A stretch of DNA of 64,000 nt from Octopus vulgaris (lineage: Eukaryota): assembly GCA_951406725.2 (NCBI GenBank), contig OX597816.1, positions 434,001 to 498,000 of the forward strand, given 5' to 3'. Shown here piece after piece: positions 36,788 through 49,551 of the stretch (positions are counted from its first letter, which is position 1; each line of letters opens with the position of its first letter). The notes below the pieces were generated by a model that saw only the letters and a list, made by a program, of their open reading frames with translations, was not told where the DNA came from and did no database searches. Made by a program: the position numbers and the translations under genes.

Positions 36788-37530
36788 CTAGCAAATATCC
36801 CCCACCCCCGTCTGTTGAATGGTGCAAGATAATGATAGGACTGGAGTTGAAAATAGTGTAATTCCGCTTCTGTCTCTGATGCTCTGGCAACTGCAGTCGA
36901 AGCAACATTGCAAGCGCAGCGGAGTTCTGCCTGTTGAGCTGCCTGTGATGCTCTGGCAATTGAATTAGAGGCAGCATTGCAAGCATGTCAGAGTTCTGGG
37001 TGCCCTGGCAGTTGAAGTAGAAGCAGCATTGAGAACATGTTGAAGCACACGTTGTTCTTCTGTCTCGCTCGCCTGCAAGGAACACAAAACAGAAACATTT
37101 TTCTGTTTTTCTGCCAATGTGTCTTTTGCCTTTTCAAGGCCTCCCATCGAAAATGTGAATTTGAATGAATCTTTAAAAAATCAATCAAATTGACCTCATT
37201 GCTGTTTGCAAGCACTAAATATGGTATTTCAACACAAAAAATCCCCACAATGCTTAAGCACACAGTTATTTGCAATGGTTATTGTAAGCACCAAATGGCC
37301 TGTGGATGCAGACAGTTGTCAATGAGCAGTCACATGTATAAGCACATTTTTGATTGATAATGATAATGATGACGATGATGACGATGATGACGATGATGAT
37401 GATAGTCGTTTAATGGCTTTAAATAATAATAGCCATCAGTTGGGCAAAACAATTTTTTGTAAAGTCAGGTTTAAAGTCAGCAGGTGAGAAACACTTTTCA
37501 CCAATTACAAAATAAGTGACACACCCAACC

Positions 37531-37567
<37 letters not shown>

Positions 37568-37835
37568 CCAGCTAATACATTGTTACTAATGTTTAGAGCT
37601 CTGCCCAGGAGCTTCACATTCCGCATTCGAATTCCACCAATGTAAACTTTGACTTTTATGCTTTTAGGGTCGATTAAATAAGGACCAGTTGTATATGGAG
37701 GTCGATATAAAAGGAAAGAAAATCTCATCGAAGTTGCTTCTATGTTTCTTATCAAATGTCCGTACTGTAATTGTTTTCAGAACCTTCTTAACAAGCTGCA
37801 ACCATATATATACATATATATATATATACACACAT

Positions 37836-37890
<55 letters not shown>

Positions 37891-39480
37891 TATATACATA
37901 TATACATACACATATATATACACACATATATATATATATCATCATCATCATCATCATCCTCATTTAACGTCCGCTTTCCATGCTAGCATGGGTTGGACGG
38001 TTCAACTGGAGTCTGGGGAGCCCGAAGGCTGCACCAGGCCAGTCAGATCTGGCAGTGTTTCTACAGCTGGATGTCCTTCCTAACGCCAACCACTCCGAGA
38101 GTGTAGTGGGTGATTTTATGTGCCACCGACACAGGTGCCAGACGAGGCTGGCGAACGACCACGCTCGGATGGTGTTTTTTTTTTATGTGCCACCGACACA
38201 GGTGCCAGACGAGGCCGGCAGACGGCCACGCTCGGATGGTGTTTTTATGTGCCACCGACACAAGTGCCAGAAACATGTGCCACCGACACAAGTGCCAGAA
38301 ACATGTGCCACCGACACAAGTGCCAGAAACATGTGCCACCGACACATGTGGACAGAAAATATTTCAAGATAACTGATATTCTATTGACCAAAAGTGCAAT
38401 TGTGATAAAATGTAAACAATCAATGCAAACGCCAGTGCACTGACAGGTCGCAGAAAGCAAAGGATATTTCTAGGAAATATCACACTTAAATGCGAAATCT
38501 GAATAAAAAGAATGTGTAAATCAAAACAGTTCCTAGGACTTCTCTGAAAATGAAAGACAGCCCAAACCAGGCTTCCTTTTGGAAAAAAGGATGTCAGCAT
38601 TAAAATTACCACATATTAATTTGGAATTAATGAAAATTTTTTATAAATAAAATTATTTAAGTCCTCGTAACTGGAAAACTTCAAATGGAATATAGGGTTC
38701 GGCAATCTTGTGGATGAATAAGCTACCAGAACCGACCGAACAGTGCTTTTTTTAGAATGTAACCGATGAATTTGATCTGTAAAATTCTTCAAAATGGTAA
38801 GAAGAATTTGCCAAAATATCATTCAGTTATGCTTACTGGTAAAAAATAACTCATAATTTGTAATGTTCATGAAATGGAATTAAAGAATAAACAATGGGCA
38901 TGTACAAGTTAAATCAAGTGAGTCACACAAAAGTTTTTTTTTGCTTTATATAAGAAATTGTTAGCTAACTTTCAACTGAATTTTGTTGTGAGAAAATATT
39001 CACACAGTTGATTGATTGCCAATTAGTACAATTTATTCATTAAAGTTAATATTTTATTTCATTTTTACTTATTCAAAATAATTGCCTTGTCTTCTTACTC
39101 TTTTGTGTCAGAATGACATGCCTGGATGCACGTGTTCGAGTACAGTTCATTCTAGAAGGATATCAATTTTTACTGCAATCACATGTTCTTTCATGAAATT
39201 GCTTAGAAAGCTTAATGTAATTAATGTTCTGATACTGATTGAACAAACATAGTGGCTGTTCATACGCGATTTACGGAATGATAGCCAATAACCACTATTG
39301 AAATTGGATTTTCCATCAAGATTTTGATTAAAAATGGGCAAATCTCACTTTAAAATTAATGATTATGTTATGAAATTTAACTGATGCACCCACTGTGATG
39401 TCTTTTACCTATGTGTAAAATTTCCATGTGATCAGTTGAAAAATACGGCCGTTATAATCTTTTACACACACATTCATATA
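36788..39480 (-). mobile_element. Possible larger Helitron-derived relic
   Basis: A-CTAG terminus at 36788; ETEEQR / PEHxRQ repeat-like peptides at 36850-37080; AAATTTCCATGTGATCAGTTGAAAAATACGGCC block resembling the small Helitrons. Boundaries uncertain. Confidence 0.35.
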
Positions 39481-40287
39481 TACACACATATATACACACA
39501 TATATTGTCCCTACCATAGGGCATCTCCCTTGCAACCTCCACTTTACATCATCTGTGCTGCCACCTATCGTCTCCCTGACCCACTCACTCTGTCTGATAC
39601 TCTGTTCTCTTTTATATTCACTTTCTTGTACCCTGTGGTGTTAAATACATCCTAACACCACATCACTACCATCCTTTTTCTTTCTCTCTTTCCAAGTGGG
39701 AAAGCCACGTATCTCCTCCAGGGCAAGAAACCAGTTCCTGTCCCTCAATCTTACTTTAACCTTTTTTTCACCTGTCATAAAGCTACCTCCTTCAATACTG
39801 CAGCCTCACTCAGCTGAGGGATTTAGTCTTGCAAGTTGCTTGGTGACCTCATTAGTACCAGGATCACAAAAAAAACCATCCAGTACACACTATAAATTGG
39901 TTGGCATTGGGAAATGATCCAGATAAAGAAACCATGCCAAAGCAGACATGTGTAAATTAATGATAGAATTCTTAATTTCTTAAAATTATCCTAATTGCCT
40001 TTGCCACTCACTAACAATTACCATTAGGTTCTTGTTTTCATCCTCCTACTAAAAGTAAAATTTCGAATCATTGAGAATTTTTTTGCATATCCATTCAAAA
40101 CATTATTCCTTAATTTATTTAACTTACTTTATGCCACTGGCCAACTTGAGCTATTTCTTTTGTTCAGGTCATCTTTTCTTGTAATTATGCAAATTATTAG
40201 CCAAAAGTATTCACAATTTTTTCTTACCAATATGTAAAATCTAAAAACTATTTTAGAAGCAAGTTACAATGCTGGAATATTTTGAAC

Positions 40288-41339
40288 TATAAATTACTTT
40301 AGTTTTGAGGCATTGCAGGATAATATTTAGTGCTTCATGGCATCTTACCAATATAGGCTTGAAGTAACCATGCATCTCATTCCCCACCACCAAAACCCTC
40401 ATACACTGTGCCTGCCTCCCTTTCTCCTATCCACTAAAGCAATCTATCCAATAACATGTCATTTCTCTTTTGTCTCTCCTATCATCATCTTCATTCTCAT
40501 CTCTGTTTTGCTGCTCCATGTATTGCAGAAGACGTTTTCCACCTTACACCAGGACCAGATTAACCTACAGGCATGCAAGATTGAAACTTAAGACCTTAAA
40601 ATCTAGGAGCCTCTGGCCGAAGCCATCATCATTATTGTCAGCATTTATCTTCTATGCTGACTGAATGGTTTGACAGGATCTGAGGAACGCAACACATCTC
40701 AATGTCTGCTTTCGCATGGTTTCTGCAGTTGGATGCCTTTCTTAATGCCAACCACTTTACAGAGGGCCCTTGGTGTTTTTGTGGTAGCACCAGCACTAGT
40801 GAGGTCATCAAACTAAGATCCCTTTGACTGAGTAGGGCTGCTGTAGAGAAGGAGGTGGCTTTATGCTAGATGGAGGGGGGGATAAAGTATGAGAGAAACA
40901 GTCAGAACAGGACAGGTTCCTTATTGTGGAGGAGCTACAAGTTATTCACATAATAAAATTCCAGTTGTGAGGGTGGGGAAACAAGACAGGCCTCAAAAGT
41001 AAAATAACTCAGGGCTTCTTTTCAGTTAAATTTGGTAAGTGAATCCCTCCCCATTGTCATGAATAACACTAAAATGCTGGAATGTGCCACAGATGCTAAA
41101 ACACAAAATCTCTGATGATTTCACACGAAGAGCCCATAGAATACTACCAAACCAAAATTATGTGCACAATTTTATTTTTATTGTATAAATTACTTTAGTT
41201 TTGAGGCATTGCAGAATAATATTTATTGCTTCATGGCATCTTACCAATATAGACTTGAAGTAACCATGCATCTCATTCCCCACCACTAAAACCCTCATAC
41301 ACTGCGCCTGCCTCCCTTTCTCCTATCCACTAAAGCAAT
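40288..41339. repeat. 156-bp direct repeat pair (40288-40443 and 41184-41339)
   Basis: TATAAATTACTTTAGTTTTGAGGC...CCACTAAAGCAAT occurs twice with only a few substitutions. Confidence 0.9.
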
Positions 41340-41445
41340 GAAAAGTATGCATGAAAAATTAAAACATTGAGATGATTAATAAGGATGTTTCAAGCCAAAA
41401 CTAAATTGATTTCTCTATAATATGAAGCATAACTACAACATTTAC

Positions 41446-41564
41446 CTGGAGCTGAATAGAATTAACCACAACAACCAGCTGTTCCACTTGCCTCTGCAGA
41501 GTTGCCACACGTTCAGTCAAAGTCAGAGAACTGAAACCACTGTCATCGGCTTGAAGAGAATTGG
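41446..41564 (-). CDS. Exon: linker and coiled coil (ANSLQADDSGFSSLTLTERVATLQRQVEQLVVVVNSIQLQ)
   Basis: ttatctttag|CC ... CAG|gtaaat; phase 1 to 0. Heptad pattern L..RV..L..QV..L, as in the oligomerisation coil after TSPN in thrombospondin/NELL. Confidence 0.8.
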
Positions 41565-44191
41565 CTAAAGATAATCAGAATCAAGCAGGGTGAAAATAAA
41601 ATAAAGGTGTTCACACACACACACACACACAGTGACAAAATGAAGTCAAAGTTCTACAGGAACCAAATGGTATGCAAATTAATTAAAAATGTTAAGTACA
41701 TTAAAAAAGGCTTTGAATTCCAAAAGAATTGGAAGCTGTTTTTGCTTTTTAATATTTAACCCTTTTGTTATATTTTTGATTAAATACATTACTTTTGTTT
41801 TAATTAACTTTGAAAATAAGGAAGAATATAGTAGAATAACTGTCGTTATGGTGTTTGGAACGTAAATGAAATTTTGGAAGGTTTTCATCTAAAGCACTTT
41901 AAAACAAGGAGTTTATACCAAGGAACAAGAGGCATTGTCAATCTGGTTGGTATCAAAAGGGTTAAACAGGATAATAAACTATGATTTGAAAAGATATAAA
42001 ACCATCAAACCATTGTTAGTTAACCTAGGATTACATTATAAATTCAAAACAAAACATGCACATGTAAAGTGTACAAACAAGAAAAAATGAAAATAGGAGA
42101 ACAATCCACATTGGCCCATCATGCTGTAATGTAATCAAAACACACAAACAAGACACAGAGTGCATGTGCTAGGATATGAAAGCTGAAAACAAGTGTAAAA
42201 GTGCTGTGGAACAGAGTATCCATTGATAACAGGAAGTGGAATGGTCGCAACAGCAAGGTGTTGTGTGCCCATGTGTATGCATGCATGCACGTGTACTCAA
42301 GATCAGAATGGTTTGTTTTGGTTAAGATTGATAACGTATTCAATATCCCTGCATGGTGCCTTAGGCAGGGGACATCAGGTCGAGCAACATCTCATGAACA
42401 GGATTTGGTAAATGAAACTGTAGAACAGCTTTTCTGGTTTTTGTTTTTGTTTTTTGTTTTTTTTGTTTGAATGTCTACAGACATTTGTGTCCACATCTTT
42501 TGTTTCTTTGTATCCCATTATGTTCCATAACTTATTTTATGCCACTTTCCATGCTGACATGGGAAGTTGATGGATCATCACGGTTTGAGCCATCTGTTAT
42601 TATGAGTCATGAGTCAGACAGCAACAACTCATCCAACCCATACCAGCATGGAAAAATGGATATAAAATGATAAATTATGGAATATGGAGACATACAACAA
42701 TCAATGTGTGCATGGGAACAAACACACACAAATTTCCAAATTCAATTCAAAAGGAATTTTTCCTATAGGTTCAATGCAAGCCCCACCATAAGAAAAGGTC
42801 CCCTTGCTCCAGGCATCAAGCAGCTCAGTAAACAGTTTGATAAAATAAGGGCTGACAGACTAAACTCTTAGGACCAATGCCTTACTAGGGTCATAGTAAG
42901 ACAATTACTTTCATATAGGTTGCAGTAGCAAAAACCTTCCATTGGTGTGGCATTGGTGAAATCAGACAGGTGGTATCAATGCCTTTATGAACCTATGGTT
43001 TTACTGTATTTTTTTTTTTTAGTTACTGTACTAGTACCACATGAAAAGCACTGGTGATGGTACTACATGAAAAGCACTGGTGTCATGTAAAAAGTACAAG
43101 TGCACTCTGTAAAGTGGTTGGTGCTAGGATGGCATCGAGCTGTTGAGACCATGCCAAAAAGACAATTGGAGCCTGATGCAGCTCTCTGGCTTAGTTCCTT
43201 TCAAACCATCCAACCAATGTCAGCATGGGAAACAGACATTAAATGATGATGACGATTATGGTTTAGACCGGGACACACAGAGCATTTGTAGCTGAAACTT
43301 CTGTCAACTTATAAAATGTAGGAGTGAGTTTTTCTTGGGGAGGGTCACATCCTGAATAATTTCACCTGCAGCTTATTCATATATGATACAAGTTACATTA
43401 ACTTATACCAAGTATAACACTATGCCATTGCTTAATTAATAATAATATTGATTAGATCATCATCATTTAACATCCGTTGTCCATGCTAGATTGGGTTGGA
43501 CGGTTTGATCAGGGCTGGCAAGCTGGAGAGGTGCATCAGACTCCAGTTCAGTTTCGCATGGTTTCTACAGCTGGATGCCCTTCCTAATGCCAACCACCCC
43601 GAGAGTGTAATAGGTGCTTTTACGTGCCACTGGCACAGGTGCCATTTGTGTGACACCAGTGTCTGCCATGACTGCAATTTTGCTCAGCTTGGCCTTCTTC
43701 TCAAGCACGACATAATACCAAAGGTCTCGGTCATTGCGTCCGTGAGTCCAAACACTTGAAAGGAGCTTTTTACATGCTACCAAAATGGGTACCAGGTACA
43801 TGGCACCAGCATCAGCCACAACTTGATGCTTAAACAAAATCAATTTAGATTAGAATAGAAAGCAATTACCTAAATGTTATCTTGTTATGAATGGATAACT
43901 GATATCTGAAAGGAGTGTCAATGGAAAAGAGAAGGAAAGGAAGAGAGAAAGAAGAAAAAAATGTGTTTACTTTTATCCAGCTGGTCAGTTCTTTCAATAG
44001 AAAGTGATTCTTGGCTTTTAGAAATGACAAACCCAGGTGGCTACTTCAAGGAGGGTAAATGATATTTTTCAAAAGATTGTCTGGATTTCTTTTTATCATT
44101 GCCTTGTGAGAGTGTGAGTGTGTGTGTGTGTGTGTGTGTACATGCACTCTCTCTCACTTTCTCCCCATTCCTCAACCACATGTTAACATAC

Positions 44192-44235
<44 letters not shown>

Positions 44236-44247
44236 TATACATACATA

Positions 44248-45648
44248 TATGCTGATGACATAGCTCTAATTGCTGAGTCACTATCAGAACTGGAGGAGAA
44301 GTTTCAGGTGTGGAAGCAAGGATTAGAATCGAAGGGCTTTAGAGTCAACCTAGCTAAAACCAAAGTTCTAATAAGTAGGAAGGTAGACAAGTCACAAACG
44401 CCTTCAGGTAGATGGACCTGCTTGATCTATAGAAAGGGCGTAGGTAGAAACTCTATAAGATGCACCAAGTGTAAGCTATGGACACATAAGAGGTGCAGCA
44501 ACGTCAAGGGAAGGCTAACTAGGAAGATAGTTTTTGTATGTGGCAGATGCTCAGGAGCAATAAACACTGAAAATACGCAGAGATCATCTTCCGCCACATT
44601 CCAGGGAGAAAAACTAGAAATAGTTGATAGCTTCCGTTACCTAGGTGACCAAGTCAGTAGTGGGGGTGGGTGTGCTGAAAGTGTAACTGCTAGAGTAAGA
44701 ATAGCCTGGGCAAAGTTCAGAGAGCTCTTACCTCTGCTGGTGACAAAAGGCCTCTCACTCAGAGTAAAAGGCAGACTGTATGACGCATGTGTACGAACAG
44801 CCATGCTACATGGTAGTGAAACATGGACCGTCACTGCTGAGGATTTGCGTAAGCTCGCAATGAATGAAGCCAGTATGCTCCGATGGATGTGTAATGTCAG
44901 TGTTCATAATCGACAGAGTGTAAGTACCTTGAGAGAAAAGTTGGACTTAAGAAGCATCAGTTGTGGTGTGCAAGAGAGACGTTTGTGCTGGTATGGTCAT
45001 GTGATGAGAATGGATGAAGATAGTTATGTGAAAAGTGCCACACCCTGGCGGTTGAAGGAACCTGTGGAAGAGGTAGACCCAGGAAAACCTGGGACGAGGT
45101 GGTGAAGCACGACCTTCGAACTTTAGGTCTCACAGAGGAAATGACTAGAGACCGAGACCTATGGAAGTATGCTGTGCGTGAGAAGACCCGGCAGGACAAG
45201 TGAGACCATAACCCATGGCCTCTACCTGAGATGTAGCCAGTCCACTTATGCATGCCTTTCCTTCTTGGAACACAAAACTCTACTTGTGAAGATCTGTTGA
45301 GGCAAGTGAGAATCAGAATCGAAATCAGAATCAAAATCGATATTGATCAACATCAATGGAAATTGTAGCTGTGATACCAGTGCCGGTGGCACGTAAGCAA
45401 ACCATCGGAACGTGGCCATTGCCAGCGTCGCCCCGACGGGCCTCCGTGCCTGTGGGACATAAAAAGCACCCACCAATTGTGGCCATTGCCAGCCTCGTCT
45501 GGCCCCCGGAGTGGTTGGCGTTAGGAAGGGCATCCAGCTGTAGAAACACTGCCAGATCAGACTGGGCCTGGTGCAGCCTTCTGGCTTCCCAGACCCCAGT
45601 TGAACCGTCCAACCCATGCTAGCATGGAAAGCGGACGCTAAATGATGA

Positions 45649-45652
<4 letters not shown>
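44248..45652 (+). mobile_element. 5'-truncated RTE LINE with 3' UTR
   Basis: YADD, KTKV, PHD-like Cys cluster, FRYLG and WYGHV; very similar to 19735-20997. Confidence 0.9.
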
Positions 45653-45687
<35 letters not shown>

Positions 45688-45750
45688 TATAGATATATAT
45701 ATATATATAGATATATATATACCTATAGATATAGATATATATATACATAC

Positions 45751-45781
<31 letters not shown>

Positions 45782-45792
45782 CATATATATAT

Positions 45793-45849
<57 letters not shown>

Positions 45850-45867
45850 TACATACACATATATCAC

Positions 45868-46735
45868 CATCATCATGATTGTTTAACGTCCGATTTCCAT
45901 GCTGGCATGGGTTTGACTGGGGACTGGTGAGCCAGATGGCTGCACCAGGCTCCAGCCTGATCTGGAAGAGTTTCTACAGCCGGATGCCCTTCCTAATGCC
46001 AAGCACTCCAAAAGTGTAGTGGGTGCTTTTATGTGCCACTGACATGAGGGCCAGTCTTGTGGTACAGCAACAGCCACACTCAAATGGTGTTTTTACGTAT
46101 CACCTGCACAGGAGCCAGTCCAGTGGCACAGGCAACGCCCTCACTCGAATGTTGTTTTTCACGTACCACTGGCACAAGTGCCTGTAAGGCAACACTGGTA
46201 ACAAGCACGGTTGAATGGCACTTTTTTCGTGTCACCGGCACTGGGGCCAGTCAGTGGCCCTGGCAACGATTATGCTTGGATAGTACTCTTAGCGCTCCAC
46301 TAGCACGGGTGACAGTCATGCGGTGCTGTCATTAAACTTGATTTCGATTTCACTTGCCTCAACAGGTCTTCGCAAGCAGAGTTTAGTGTCCAATGAAAGA
46401 AAGGCATGCCTAAGTAGGCTGGTTACACCCCTAGCATAGGCCATGAGGTTATGGTCTCACTTGGCTTGCCAGGTCTTCTCCAGCACAGTATATTTCCAAA
46501 GGTCTTGGTCACTAGTCATTGCCTTGGTGAGGCCTAATGTTTGAAGGCCGTGCTTCATCACCTCATCCCAGGTCTTCCTGGGTCTACCTCTTCCACAGGT
46601 TCCCTCAACCGCTAGAGTGTGACACTTTTTCACACAGCTATCCTCATTCATTCACACCACATGACCATACCAGCGCTGTCGTCTCTCTTGCACACATCTG
46701 CTGCTTCTTAGGTCCAACTTTTCTCTCAAGGCACT
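45868..46735 (-). mobile_element. RTE LINE 3' fragment
   Basis: WYGHV...GRGRPRKTW, 3' UTR and (CAT)n on the plus strand. Confidence 0.85.
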
Positions 46736-46745
46736 ATATACATAA

Positions 46746-46796
<51 letters not shown>

Positions 46797-49484
46797 TATA
46801 TATATACACACACATATATATATATATATATATACATAAATATATATATATACACACATATAAATATACATATACTTTTTGACAAATGGCTTCCTTCAAA
46901 ATTTGCAACAAGTCATTTTAAGTTGGTCTCTCATTTCTAGGAAAACTACACAGAACATATTTTTTCAGATATTCTCTGATATAAACATTAATATATATAA
47001 CCATAAAAACCATCACATAGAATCCATGCATCCAAGAGCAGTGTCATAATGAGGATTTAGTTTGATTTCCTGCAGAAAACTGAAAGAATAATGAAATCCA
47101 ATAATCTCTGTATAACAGTAACCAATATAAATGTTGGTTGGTCGATTTCTCCAGTCATGCTGTACATCATATGGGGGTGGGTGGAGAATAAGATATTACA
47201 GAGAGGGTTAACATGAGAAGTGCAGAAAGAGCACAATATACTAAGCTTGGTGGCAGGCAATGAGTAAAGGAATGCCCCACACCCACACTCACAAGAGTGA
47301 GAGGGAATGAATCATAAAGACAGGGGAAGAGGAGAGGGAGTAAATGACAGAATAGTTATGAAAGGATTTACACAAACAAGAAATTTGCTTTTTTTTTTTT
47401 TGTTTTAAGGTGATATTTTCCTTTCAGCGGTTAGTATCCATTTCATCATTTTGTATAATTACTAAGAAATTTGATGAAAGCTAAATTATAATAATTGTAA
47501 GAATATTTCCTGATATCAGCCACAGTGGAAAAAGTATTCTCCCAGACTCAGCCATCAGATAATGGACAACATTCAAAAAAATATAACAATAGATAATAAT
47601 TCTACAACAGGAACAAGGTCTAATAAATCAAATGATAATATAAAAAAAGAGATAAAGTCTGTAGTATTAAATATTCTGTAATTGCTTTATATTAATTACT
47701 ACCAAAAGAATTATATTAACTTACAATATGCTGGCTTGCAATAAAGAAGCTTCTTCTTATTATTGCGAAAACCAGATAAAGAAATTTGTAACATGACTTC
47801 TAAAGAGTGCAACATATATAGAATCATCATCATCATTGAACATCAGTTGTCCATGCTGGCACGGCTTGGATGGTTTGACCAGGGCTGGCAAGCTGGAAGG
47901 CTACACCAGACTCCAGTCTGATTTGGCAAGGTTTCTTACAGCTGGCTGCCCTTCCTAACACCAACCACTTCAAAAGTGTAATGGGTGCTTTTATGTGCCA
48001 TTTCCGTAACACCAATATCTGCCACAATTGTGATTTTACTTGGCTTGACGGGTTTTCTCAAGCATGAGATAATGCCAAAGGATTCAGTTATGCATCATTG
48101 CCTCCATGAGGCCCAACACTCAAAAGGAGCTTTTCACATTTGACAGCACCAACCACTTTGCCTCCATGAGTCCTAGTGCTCAAAGGATGCTTTCTATGTG
48201 CCACCAGCATCGGTCACAACTACAATTCATTTTGGTCATATGAATCAACTCCAGTAGGGTCTATTTTTTTTAAAAGCCTGGTCCTTCTTTTGTCAGTTTC
48301 TTTTGCTGCACCACTAAACACATCAACACCAGCTGTCAAGCAGTGGTGGAGTAGAAACACAGACATAAAGACATACGTGCACAGACATAGATCTATACAA
48401 CAAGCTTCTTTCAGTTTCCATCTACTGAACCCACTTGCAAGGCTTTGGTTGGTCCAAAGCTATAGTAGAAAACACCTCTTCTAAGGTGCCATGCAGCAGG
48501 ACTGAACCCGGAACCATGTAGTTCGGAAGTAAGCTTCTTGCCACACACCTACACATGTGCTTGAATATGGAGCTTTAAAATATTTATTTCACTTCTAACT
48601 CCCATCTTATGGCATATTTTCACTGTTTTTATTATCCAATCAAATTATTTAACCCTACCATTTTATTCTCATTTGATGCCTGGATGAGGACAGCTGCATA
48701 AAGACATGCCAGTCCCTAACTGTGGTAGAGGTAGACCCAGGTAGACATGGGACAAGGTGGTGAAGCATGATCTTCAAACGTTTGGTCTCACAGAAGTGAT
48801 AATGAATGATCAAGACCTTTGACAGTTTTCTGTGCTTGAGAAGACACATCAGGCCAAGAGAGACTATAGTCATGGTCAGTGGTGATGACACATAACAAGC
48901 AGCCATGACGGTGTAGGGATACCTGACCAGGACAGATCGGCCGAAAGTGTCAGCGATCGATGTTCAGATGGATCGCCAAAGCACAGTGACATGTAAAAGG
49001 CACCCACTACACCTCTTGGAGTGGTTGGCATTAGGAAGGGCATCCAGCTGTAGAAACCAAACTAAAATCAGACTAGAGCCTGATACAGCTACCTAGCTTA
49101 CCAATTCCAGTCAAATCGTCTAGTCCATGCCAGCAGGGAAAACGTACACTAAACGATGATTTCTCTGAGTTAACTCTTTTCTGTTGAAATATTCTGTCTT
49201 TGTTTCAATTAATTTTAAAGTTAATGAAAGTTAATGAAATAAATTTGTTCTTATTAACCAAGTGTCTGGAACATAAATTAACATGAAATTTAGCTGAAAG
49301 GTTTTTAACTTACATCTCTTTAAAACAGGGAGTTTGTATCACAAGAATCAGGGACAGTTCTAGGCAGATTGATATCAAAAGGGTTAACCAAATGTACATG
49401 TTACTAGATGCAACCAATTGCAAATCGTCAATCAGACAATTCTTCACACTCTAAGCCACAAAATATTTTAAATAATATCCTTAC

Positions 49485-49551
49485 CTTTGGGACAAGTCCA
49501 AGGAAATCCTTTAATAATATGATTGTAAAGTTTTGCCTTATAAACCAAACC
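49485..49551 (-). CDS. Exon: C-terminal end of the TSPN domain (GLVYKAKLYNHIIKGFPWTCPK)
   Basis: ttattccgcag|GGT ... AAA G|gtaagg; phase 0 in, phase 1 out, which fits both neighbours. Confidence 0.8.

Noticed and set aside
43971-44040. Coding-looking stretch PPGFVISKSQESLSIERTDQLDK on the minus strand
   Set aside because: Phase 0 entry does not fit the upstream phase-1 donor; weak donor (GTAAAC) and an in-frame stop immediately upstream.
47725-47799. 75-nt open, phase 1-1 candidate exon on the minus strand (VMLQISLSGFRNNKKKLLYCKPAY) with AG and GTAAGT
   Set aside because: Compatible with the frame but not required, with no domain similarity; could be chance or an alternative exon. Needs RNA-seq.
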